Assembly (NCBI GenBank): GCA_964607125.1 | Contig: CAZSHY010000003.1 | Coordinates: forward strand, 1 to 42,156 | DNA: 42,156 nt | From: an uncultured Pseudomonadales bacterium | Lineage (GTDB): Bacteria > Patescibacteriota > Microgenomatia > UBA1400 > PJMF01 | Reading direction: 5' to 3' | In this document: positions 1 to 7,783 of the stretch, piece by piece | Layout of the letters: each line of letters begins with the position of its first letter | Numbering within the stretch: the first letter of the stretch is position 1 | Translations under genes and position numbers: made by a program | Notes under the pieces: model-generated | What the model was told of the DNA's origin: nothing | Seen by the model: only the letters and a program-made list of their open reading frames with translations | The model's database searches: none

Positions 1-52
<52 letters not shown>

Positions 53-288
53 GGTTCAAAAACGCAAAATGAGTCTTGGAACTTGCGTTCTAGTATTCAC
101 TCTGCGGTAAATGACAATTTGAGTGTTGTATCAGCTCATTAGTATTTGGTTATCTTATTTACTGATCTCAAAGTATTTTTAACGGTTTTTGTTTGCGTCA
201 CACTATGATAAACATGATGTGGTGCAAACCGTTGTCGGTCTACTACCACCATGTTTATGTCAATTTGTTTGTTGTTGACTATATTAGA

Positions 289-300
289 TGTTAAAGAGCT
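289..300 (-). promoter_or_regulatory. rRNA-leader boxA-like antitermination element
   Basis: The minus strand reads AGCTCTTTAACA, compared with E. coli rrn boxA TGCTCTTTAACA. It lies between the candidate promoter (463-490) and the 16S start. Confidence 0.65.
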
Positions 301-318
301 GGCTTACTGATGCAGACG

Positions 319-335
319 CCGCATGAAACATGCGG
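319..335 (-). promoter_or_regulatory. boxB-like hairpin in the rRNA leader
   Basis: Perfect 7-bp stem CCGCATG / CATGCGG with a 3-nt loop. It sits immediately 5' of boxA in the transcript, the same boxB-boxA order as enterobacterial rrn leaders. Confidence 0.4.
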
Positions 336-462
336 TGCTTGACCAAGACGCGCGCCACAAACGCAACCAGAAAAGTGTCTGATTTTGTGTTTGTTCTCTG
401 ATGAGAAACTGTATTCCAGATGAGTATCACCGTTGTCGGGACTTCATCTGTAGAAGAGTGTT

Positions 463-490
463 ATTGTAACACGTTTGATGTACGTGTCAA
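463..490 (-). promoter_or_regulatory. Candidate sigma70-type rRNA promoter
   Basis: On the minus strand: TTGACA (485-490), a 16-nt spacer, then TACAAT (463-468). It lies just downstream of the stop of the 510..1676 CDS and about 400 nt upstream of the 16S 5' end. Confidence 0.6.
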
Positions 491-509
491 AGGGAGGGTT
501 GAGGAAGAA

Positions 510-1676
510 TTAGTAGGCAATCGCTATTGTTTTGGCTGTTGGATCGGCGATTGGTTCCTCTGCCGTGCGTCGGAAAACAAATCCAGTTTTATATTTGGCA
601 AAAATTTCCCCCAGCAGTTCCTCTTGACGGACTGCCCTGAGTCTAAGTGTGCCCACCTTGAAGCCTGTATGGTCGTCATGAGCGGTGGTATCACCGAGGG
701 TGGAATCTGGGACAGTCTCTAGAATCATGTACCAAGTTTCTTCAACAATGTTGTCTGTCTTAGACTTGCGCCGATGTTTGTCCAGGATCATAAAGGTGCG
801 CTCGTACATCTGGTAATCATCTTCTTTTTCATTGGCCAGGCCAACCACGACTGAGGCAGGTCGAAGCAAGCGATCCGGCCATTGCGGGCTAGGTGTGCTT
901 GACTTATCAATTCGAGACAGCGTCACGTCCCGGCCATGGGAGTCTGTACTATGCCAGGTATTTAGACTAGTCGCATCAATTCCTTTTATGAGGTCGGTAA
1001 CATTCGACTGCTTGCCGTAGTGGCTGAATATGTCTGGGTGCATCAGGACCATATCGGCTGGTTGAACAGCGCCAGGCGGGACACACTCTGGAGGCACAGT
1101 CGAGTGGTGATTAAGCAGATACTCTGACAATAGCACTGCAGTTACGGGCATGATTTTGCCATTATTACTTGCGACAGATGCGGAAATTTGCAGTTCAATT
1201 GCTTGGTATTTTTCATCAAGTCCCATATCTATGTAGCGCTGCCTGGCGCGCTTGAGCAAAGCTCTGAACTTTTGATGTGTCTCTTCACCAATTTTTGATT
1301 GCAGGTCCGGACGAGCCATGATATCTTCAATGATGTTCGATCCTGCGTTGTCCCAGTGATTATCCCCATAAAAAGCATCATAAAAACAGGTGAATGCGGT
1401 GATACAAGTTTGGACATCGGCCACTAGGCGGCGTTTTAGTTCACTATTTTCAATGAACGGTAAAAGGTTGGGGTCCAGGTTGTCTAAATCTGGCTGTGGT
1501 GCAAATGTTGAATCTTGGAAGTCAGGTTGCTTGACCAATTGGGATTCAACTGGTTTGAACTGACCCTTTGCGCCGAGAAACAGCTTGCCAAGCTTTGTGT
1601 TCATCAAGGCAAGTGAGCCCAAAGTTGCGCTCAATGACTTTAAAAACTCACGTCGGCTGAGATGTCTTTTATCCAT
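510..1676 (-). CDS. Hypothetical exported protein with a twin-arginine-type signal
   Basis: 388-aa ORF with an ATG start. The N-terminus MDKRHLSRREFLKSLSATLGSLALM matches the Tat consensus S-R-R-x-F-L-K followed by an h-region. I recognise nothing in the rest of the protein. Confidence 0.75.
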   Translation of the reverse strand: MDKRHLSRREFLKSLSATLGSLALMNTKLGKLFLGAKGQFKPVESQLVKQPDFQDSTFAPQPDLDNLDPNLLPFIENSELKRRLVADVQTCITAFTCFYDAFYGDNHWDNAGSNIIEDIMARPDLQSKIGEETHQKFRALLKRARQRYIDMGLDEKYQAIELQISASVASNNGKIMPVTAVLLSEYLLNHHSTVPPECVPPGAVQPADMVLMHPDIFSHYGKQSNVTDLIKGIDATSLNTWHSTDSHGRDVTLSRIDKSSTPSPQWPDRLLRPASVVVGLANEKEDDYQMYERTFMILDKHRRKSKTDNIVEETWYMILETVPDSTLGDTTAHDDHTGFKVGTLRLRAVRQEELLGEIFAKYKTGFVFRRTAEEPIADPTAKTIAIAY

Positions 1677-1688
1677 AACTAGCCAAAA

Positions 1689-2849
1689 TTATACTACCCC
1701 AATAGTGCCACCGCCTATACAAAAAGTACCCTGATCTGAGATACGGTACACGACTCCTGCCTGCCCATCAGCGATACCTTTGGTAGACTGTTCAAGATTG
1801 ACCAAGACTTCTTCATCCTCCGTCAGTGAAAAGGTGCATGGAATCAACTCGCCGGTGTGCCGGATGCGAACGGAGTAGGTTTGACCACCTTGATCCAGCG
1901 GTGACTGACCGCCAATCCAGTGTGGCGATCTCATGATGAACGATTCCTTGAGCGCCTCGCGGCCAAAACCAACCACCAGCCGGTTCTGGGCCGCATCCTT
2001 GGCAATCACATAGAACGGAGGAATATTGGTTCTATCTACCACTCGGCCGTCTGCTAGCGTAATTTGACTGCTGGGGGAAATGGTGAAACCATGACGTTGG
2101 CCTATGGTATAAAACCACAATCCCGAATGTTGGCCAATCACCGTGCCGCTGGTATCAACTACATCGCCCGGGTTCTCGCCCAAGCGCTCTTTGAGGAACT
2201 CGTGGACGTTAATATCACCAATGAAGCAGATGCCTACAGAGTCCTTTTTGGTGGCGACTGAGATTTTGCGGGCGGCCGCTGCCTTGCGTACCTCGGTTTT
2301 GTGTAGTTCAGCCAGCGGAAATAGCGTGTGTGCCAACTGGTCTTGACTCAGAACATACAAAAAGTAAGTTTGGTCTTTATGCAGGTCGGCAGGTATGGTT
2401 AACTGTGGCCCGTCGAGCCCGCGCTGCGCGCGGTCGCCAGTAATCTTGGCATAGTGACCCGTGGCAACGAAGTCAAAACCTTCGGCAATGGCCCAGTCAT
2501 AGAACAAGCCAAATTTAATTTCTTTATTGCACATCACGTCTGGATTGGGCGTTCGCCCCGCTGCATACTCCGCAAAAAAATACTCCACTACTTTGTCGTG
2601 GTAAGCCTGCTTGAAGTCCAAGACCTTGAAGGGAATACCTAGAGTTAGTGCTACCGCCAACGCATCTTTGCGATCTTCCTCAGTCCGGCAACCCGGTGCA
2701 CGCCAACACTCCAGGTAGACACCTGTGACGTCGTAGCCACTTTCAATGAGCAGGTGGGCGCAGAGTGAGGAATCCACCCCGCCCGACATACCCAGGGCCA
2801 CGCGGGGGCGGCTCTGTTCAGAACTCGTTGATTTGCCAAAGTTTTTCAT
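1689..2849 (-). CDS. mnmA: tRNA-specific 2-thiouridylase MnmA
   Basis: PP-loop motif VALGMSGGVDSS, with full-length similarity in length and layout. The ORF-track start at 2861 is a TTG that overlaps a TATAAT box. The ATG at 2849 (MKNFGK) is preferred. Confidence 0.93.
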   Translation of the reverse strand: MKNFGKSTSSEQSRPRVALGMSGGVDSSLCAHLLIESGYDVTGVYLECWRAPGCRTEEDRKDALAVALTLGIPFKVLDFKQAYHDKVVEYFFAEYAAGRTPNPDVMCNKEIKFGLFYDWAIAEGFDFVATGHYAKITGDRAQRGLDGPQLTIPADLHKDQTYFLYVLSQDQLAHTLFPLAELHKTEVRKAAAARKISVATKKDSVGICFIGDINVHEFLKERLGENPGDVVDTSGTVIGQHSGLWFYTIGQRHGFTISPSSQITLADGRVVDRTNIPPFYVIAKDAAQNRLVVGFGREALKESFIMRSPHWIGGQSPLDQGGQTYSVRIRHTGELIPCTFSLTEDEEVLVNLEQSTKGIADGQAGVVYRISDQGTFCIGGGTIGVV

Positions 2850-2904
2850 GACAACGACCAATTATACAGGATGTACCAAGGCAGGTGATATATATTGATA
2901 TAAT

Positions 2905-4110
2905 ATGGCTATGGTTGCGCATCCTGAAAATAAGTACCACTCCCTCTTTAACCAATTTGTGGAAAATTACACCCCAGATGCTGATCAGAATGAGGTGCTG
3001 GCCGAACGCATCATCGGGACTGTTCGAGAGTTACTATCTGTCGGGTCAAAAACAAGCACAATCGCCGCCTACCTCATCATTCGACAATATGGGGATGCGA
3101 TAGCAGAAGTATGTCGTGCCCTGCCCACTCCTTTTGTTAGCACCAAGGTTTTATTTGAGACCGACCCTGCAACACGGCAAGTCACTCGGGCGGGAAAGCT
3201 GGTTGCGTATCATCTCAGTCGACGACCACTTCATTTCAGTTTCCCCGCTTGGGCAACTACGCCATTATTATTGGCAAATTTGTACACGACTGAGGAAACT
3301 AGACGACGCGGTGTGGCAAAGCAGTTAATTGGACGAGTCGTGACTGGTAATGCAAATGCAAAAAAACAACTTTTTGCTACAACCAGCCCCGACAATCAAG
3401 CCTCTCAGGCGAGTTTTAGAGCCCACGGTTTTCAAATCGAGCGTCAACAAGGCTATTTTTCCAAATATGTTCGTTTGTTTAGACATCCTGAGCCGCATGA
3501 GCTAAGTGGATCAATGAACAGCGACTATGCAAGCTATGATCCATTCGCTGGACTAGATCCCTATGGTCGTATGATTGACCTTGGCGCAAGCGAAAGGTTT
3601 GATCTTAGCAATTGTTTTAGAAGTGCGAACTCTAATCCCGAGTTAGGACTTCCAGAGATAACTCAAACGGCCATGGATGCGCTCCGACGTTCAATCTACC
3701 TGCCCTCTTGGCTGCTCGCCTATCGTGATGAAGTCACACCACGACATGATTTCCCCATTTTACTTGAGGTGAGGCGCTCCCTTGAGGGGAAGAAAACAAC
3801 ACATGAGCCGGTGGCATACGTTATTCCGGAAACATTAGCCACCTACCCCAAAACATTCGCCTGGTCTACTCCAGAGATGCAAGAGCAACGAGACTTTGCC
3901 GGCCACACTTTTGTTGTGATTAATCCCAAGCTTACACCTGAGCAAGTCTGGGAGTTACTTACTAGCTACTGGTCTGAAATGGGATTTGGCCGGTGGATTA
4001 CGATTGCGCAGGTTAGTCCACGAGGCAGACTACCCGGATCAATGCCTGATCACTTGCAAAAAAACGAGCAAATCGTGATGATGCAGCATCCCGATCCACT
4101 TGATAACTAG
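2905..4110 (+). CDS. GNAT-domain protein with an uncharacterised ~200-aa C-terminal extension
   Basis: GNAT motif-A-like RRRGVAKQLIGRVV followed by FRAHGF in the N-terminal half. I do not recognise the C-terminal half. The second ATG at 2911 lies 6 nt after a TATAAT box (2899-2904) and may be the true leaderless start. Confidence 0.75.
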   Translation: MAMVAHPENKYHSLFNQFVENYTPDADQNEVLAERIIGTVRELLSVGSKTSTIAAYLIIRQYGDAIAEVCRALPTPFVSTKVLFETDPATRQVTRAGKLVAYHLSRRPLHFSFPAWATTPLLLANLYTTEETRRRGVAKQLIGRVVTGNANAKKQLFATTSPDNQASQASFRAHGFQIERQQGYFSKYVRLFRHPEPHELSGSMNSDYASYDPFAGLDPYGRMIDLGASERFDLSNCFRSANSNPELGLPEITQTAMDALRRSIYLPSWLLAYRDEVTPRHDFPILLEVRRSLEGKKTTHEPVAYVIPETLATYPKTFAWSTPEMQEQRDFAGHTFVVINPKLTPEQVWELLTSYWSEMGFGRWITIAQVSPRGRLPGSMPDHLQKNEQIVMMQHPDPLDN

Positions 4111-5066
4111 GCAAAGTAATTGGCGACGCCAATCTTTTGTAAAAGCCGCTGGTACTTTTTGGGATCGAGTGTATAAAAACTAGGCAGCAAAGGTAGAAAA
4201 TCCGGATTATAAGATACGGCTTTATCGACATCAGCCAGCGCGCACTTGCCAATGTAAAGGCTCGTCGGGTCAAATTGCCTGTCAGCCAGCCATCGCCACA
4301 CCTGAATCATGCCCTGAAAGTAGCACAGGTCTTTGGTAAAGCCACCGGGCTGACTGGTATCTGTCATGCCGCGTTTTTGGCGAAAAACTATGTCCCACCG
4401 ACGCTCGGGGTCTTGAACAAAAGGTGCCAGCTCTCGCCAGACTTCAGCAAACGAACCCTGTTGGGCCCAAGCCACAGCCAGATAACGAAGTGCAGAATTA
4501 AAGGCAGAATTGAACTCGCGAGGCAGTAAGCTATGAAGAGCCGCTAGTCCTTCTTCTGTAGGCAAATACTCGCTGAATCCAAACTTTTTTTTCTGCTTGT
4601 ACCAGGGTTGTTGCTCGTAGTTGATCCGCCGCAAAGCATGCGTGCCAATTTCATGGTACATCATGGACAGCAGTCCTTCTTTTCTAAAAAAACAGGGCAG
4701 CCTCAGCTTAACGGTGTCAGTGGTGATAGCAGCCCGAGTGATAAAAGTGCTAGACCAAACCACGCTAAATCGGTCAGCAATTTGGTGCATAGAAAGGTAG
4801 GAATGTACCTTGGCATCTACTTGAGCTTGAGTTAGCTCACTGCCCTCCATCATCCACAGATCTTGTTCGTTGCGGCCAAAATATGCCTGTTTGACAATCT
4901 TTTCTGCAAGTTGTACCAACTCTGGCGTGGGCAAGCCATATGTCGTTAGGTCTTGGTTGGAAAAATCGTCTGCGTAAACAAACTGGGGGTTGTAACTCGG
5001 GTTGGCCAAAAACCGTTCTTTTTCTGACAGTAAATTGGTTGGAATGAGTTTGCCCAAAAGTCCCAT
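4107..5066 (-). CDS. DUF1704 / QEGLA-motif family metallo-carboxypeptidase-like protein (MATCAP-related)
   Basis: HEIGTH (HExxxH) at aa 138-143 and TEEGLA at aa 170-175, corresponding to the family QEGLA motif. The gene starts 2 nt after the upstream ATP-grasp stop. Confidence 0.8.
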   Translation of the reverse strand: MGLLGKLIPTNLLSEKERFLANPSYNPQFVYADDFSNQDLTTYGLPTPELVQLAEKIVKQAYFGRNEQDLWMMEGSELTQAQVDAKVHSYLSMHQIADRFSVVWSSTFITRAAITTDTVKLRLPCFFRKEGLLSMMYHEIGTHALRRINYEQQPWYKQKKKFGFSEYLPTEEGLAALHSLLPREFNSAFNSALRYLAVAWAQQGSFAEVWRELAPFVQDPERRWDIVFRQKRGMTDTSQPGGFTKDLCYFQGMIQVWRWLADRQFDPTSLYIGKCALADVDKAVSYNPDFLPLLPSFYTLDPKKYQRLLQKIGVANYFA

Positions 5067-5068
5067 GA

Positions 5069-6355
5069 TTACTCTTCTGTTTCGCCTATTAAGAATCCTT
5101 GCACATCCTTGCGGCCGAGCTCAATTTTATGGTTGGTTCGGTTGAGGCGTTTGCTGACTACTACAGCTGTCTCAACTTTATGTCCCTTGAGCTTAAAACT
5201 TAAACTGACCACGGGCACCTTGCCCTCGATCTCTTCCTGTTGGCGCCAAAGCAAGTCTTCCAGGTCAACCAGGCCTAACTCTTTTGCCAGCTGTTCACTA
5301 ATAGCAGATCGATAGCGGCCAGTGTTAACTAAGACGTCAAAGTTGTGGAGTTTGCCATGATCGTCAAAAACGCTAATGGTAGGATTGGTACTGATGATTT
5401 TGAGACCTTCTTCAATTTTGATGTTATCTGCAAAGCTCTCGGCAAAGAGTGCTTGAGAAATTTTGACGCCATGCTTGGCATCGCGGACTTCTAGTCCCTC
5501 AACCCGTTCAAGTCTCCGCTTGAGTCCAGCCCGATTACACAGTTGAATAGATAAACCGGGGAAACCGTTAAGCTCAACAATCATCGGCCCCTTCTCTGCA
5601 TGCACAAACAGATCGGCGCCCATAAACTGATAGCCAGCGGCATTTGAGGCTGTCACGGCAGTTTCAAGGAGCTTGGTCCAGTTGGGGATAATTATGCCGT
5701 TGACCTTTTTTTTGGTGCCTGGAAAATGGGTAATAAAGCCAGATTTGCCGGTGATGCCGTAGGTAGTTACACCGGTGGCCATGTCCACGCCCAAGCCGAT
5801 GGCCCCCTGGTCTAAATTGGCTTTGCCTTGTGATTCCTTGGTGGGAATGCGAGCCTCTGCCATGACTGGGACTGAGTTGAAAACTATAATTCTCACGTCC
5901 GGCGTGCCTTTGTAAGCGTACTTGGCTATGGCTGGATGAGCTACAATCATTTCTTCAATAATCGCTTTGTGGTCACTGCCCCACACGCCAAATTCACCAT
6001 CAAGGATGTTGTTCACATGAAGGCTTAAATCATCGGCGGTGAGGTTTTCGCCAAAACTATTTTTCCAAATGGCTTTGTCTGCAACTTTATCTTTGATTAC
6101 CCAAATACCCTTGCCTGCGCTGGAGTTGGCAGGCTTGATTACAAAGGGGACGGGCACGGCTTCCCAACGGAGCGCTTCTAAATCGGACATGGTGGAACAA
6201 ACGTGATACACCATGGCTGTGGGAATGTTGTGTCGGACGAGCAGCTCCTTGGTTTTGAGTTTGGAAAAACCATACTGCTTGGAGGCAGAAGTATTCAAAC
6301 TAGTGTATTTATGCCGAGCATTCATGCCCAGAATGTGTGAAGGTTTGACTGACAT
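5069..6355 (-). CDS. RimK-related ATP-grasp amino-acid ligase (alpha-L-glutamate-ligase-like) fused to a C-terminal retropepsin-like (PF05618-type) domain
   Basis: N-terminal ILGMNARH, FVIKPANSSAGKGIWV and ELNGFPGL are typical of the rimK-related ligase family. C-terminal aa ~320-428 carry FDVLVNTGRYRSAIS and HKIELGRKDVQGFLI, resembling the DTGA and LLGR motifs of RimB-like proteases. Confidence 0.85.
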   Translation of the reverse strand: MSVKPSHILGMNARHKYTSLNTSASKQYGFSKLKTKELLVRHNIPTAMVYHVCSTMSDLEALRWEAVPVPFVIKPANSSAGKGIWVIKDKVADKAIWKNSFGENLTADDLSLHVNNILDGEFGVWGSDHKAIIEEMIVAHPAIAKYAYKGTPDVRIIVFNSVPVMAEARIPTKESQGKANLDQGAIGLGVDMATGVTTYGITGKSGFITHFPGTKKKVNGIIIPNWTKLLETAVTASNAAGYQFMGADLFVHAEKGPMIVELNGFPGLSIQLCNRAGLKRRLERVEGLEVRDAKHGVKISQALFAESFADNIKIEEGLKIISTNPTISVFDDHGKLHNFDVLVNTGRYRSAISEQLAKELGLVDLEDLLWRQQEEIEGKVPVVSLSFKLKGHKVETAVVVSKRLNRTNHKIELGRKDVQGFLIGETEE

Positions 6356-6360
6356 GGGTT

Positions 6361-7365
6361 TTATTCCTCAATCAGTGATCTAAATCTAAGTCGTTCTGTC
6401 AGGCGGAGGCCCACAAATCTGCCTATTAGGATATTTAGTAGACCAGTTCCGATAATGAGCAGCTCAGGCTCAACCAAGGCAAATTTTTGAAGTGGCTCCC
6501 ACTTGAGGAAGAATCCAGACACAACTGACAGGCCCAGCGTTTCAATAGTCAGAGCGAGCGCATCGCTCGGCTTAGTTCTGCCTTGTGCATCGAGGAAGTT
6601 TTCTGCAAGCAGTACCAAAATCAAAATTGGGAAAATGTTGACACTCATGAGTGTCACCAAATCAAAAGCGGGTGCCAAGAGTATTAACCCAAAAATGCCC
6701 ATGGAGATGGTCCATAAAAGCAAGGCTGTACGGGGCAAATATGCGAGTTTGGTTGACTTAAGAAACCGCTTGGTCAACATGGCTGAGATGATAATGGCTA
6801 GGAAAATAATTACACCTTCCAGCACACCTGTAGAAACAAGAGCTACGGCGAGAACCGCTGGAATGTAAATACCAAATCCGCGCAGACCAATAACGTGCCG
6901 TGACGCAGCGATCAGCGAGGCAATCAGGGGAAATAGCAAAATTAAGACGATGATGTTGGGTTGAACACCTTGGGAAACTGAGTAGCGGATAGCATACTGA
7001 ATGAAGTTGTTCCAACTCAGTGGACCGGGATCGTTCTGTTCTAAGTAGGCAGCCAGCTTGCTCTTCTGCTTGCCTGTAGGCTCAGTAATATCTTGGTCTT
7101 TTTTGTCTTGAATCTTTTTTTCAACAGCGGCTGATGGAGTAGCCAGTTGGCCGCTGAGCGTGGCGATTGCTGACTCTGTAGCCATGATGTCGTCACCGGG
7201 CAGACCCACTCCCACTTCAATTGGGGCTGAGTCAAGGCTGGTTTGAGCCTGGGCGAGGCCAGAAGCTTTACTCCAACTAAGGGTCCAGGTGGTGAAGATG
7301 GCTAGTAACATGGCTAGTGACCATGTGAGTCGTTTCATGTGTGGTGTGGCTATGGTGGTTTTCAT
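6361..7365 (-). CDS. 7TM protein of the 7TM_transglut type (7 TM helices usually fused to an inactive transglutaminase)
   Basis: Signal/anchor sequence, a ~120-aa low-complexity ectodomain, then 7 hydrophobic helices. IGLRGFGIYIPAVLAVAL and the terminal GLRLTERLRF match family signatures. Its stop lies 5 nt before the ATP-grasp start. Confidence 0.8.
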   Translation of the reverse strand: MKTTIATPHMKRLTWSLAMLLAIFTTWTLSWSKASGLAQAQTSLDSAPIEVGVGLPGDDIMATESAIATLSGQLATPSAAVEKKIQDKKDQDITEPTGKQKSKLAAYLEQNDPGPLSWNNFIQYAIRYSVSQGVQPNIIVLILLFPLIASLIAASRHVIGLRGFGIYIPAVLAVALVSTGVLEGVIIFLAIIISAMLTKRFLKSTKLAYLPRTALLLWTISMGIFGLILLAPAFDLVTLMSVNIFPILILVLLAENFLDAQGRTKPSDALALTIETLGLSVVSGFFLKWEPLQKFALVEPELLIIGTGLLNILIGRFVGLRLTERLRFRSLIEE

Positions 7366-7407
7366 ACAGGTTGTATTATACCTCCTGGCGTCATAACATG
7401 CGAATTA

Positions 7408-7764
7408 TCAAACCAAAATCTTGATCAAGGAGCTGAGAAAGCCAATCAACACCGACACCAGTAAAAGTGTGAAAAACCAATTTAAGGTTACTCCGCCCAA
7501 GACAATGCTCTGAATAATAAACCCGGGTACCAAATAAGTGGCCAGCCAAAGTAAAAATACGTTGATGACCGTTGAAAAAAGTCCCAAGGTGATGACATTA
7601 ATTGGCAAAAACAGGATTTTTAGAACCGGCTTGCCCAGTGAATTGAGCGCAGTCACAACCGCAGCGGCAATAATCAGGGCCATCCAGTTGGTGAAAGTAA
7701 TTGACGGAAAAATTCTAGAGAGAATAAAAAGCGTTAAACCGGTGCGCAAAATTGGGCGAAGCAT
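7408..7764 (-). CDS. Small 4-TM membrane protein, phage-holin-4_2 / DUF360 family
   Basis: 118 aa. LNSLGKPVLKILFLPINVITLGLFSTVINVFLLWLATYLVPGF matches the conserved core of this family. Confidence 0.75.
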   Translation of the reverse strand: MLRPILRTGLTLFILSRIFPSITFTNWMALIIAAAVVTALNSLGKPVLKILFLPINVITLGLFSTVINVFLLWLATYLVPGFIIQSIVLGGVTLNWFFTLLLVSVLIGFLSSLIKILV

Positions 7765-7783
7765 ACCCTTAGCTTACCACACT

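Noticed and set aside
181-233. Long hairpin in the 16S leader (AACGGTTT...AAACCGTT with an inner TGCGTCACA/TGTGGTGCA stem)
   Set aside because: The inner stem relies on G-T pairs on the plus strand. These become C-A mismatches in the actual minus-strand rRNA transcript. Only the 8-bp outer stem is solid, so I did not call it as a feature.
420-722. 100-aa plus-strand ORF at the left end
   Set aside because: It starts in the rRNA leader/promoter region and is antisense to the 3' end of the well-supported 510..1676 CDS. It has no motif and an odd Cys/Trp-rich composition typical of antisense translation.
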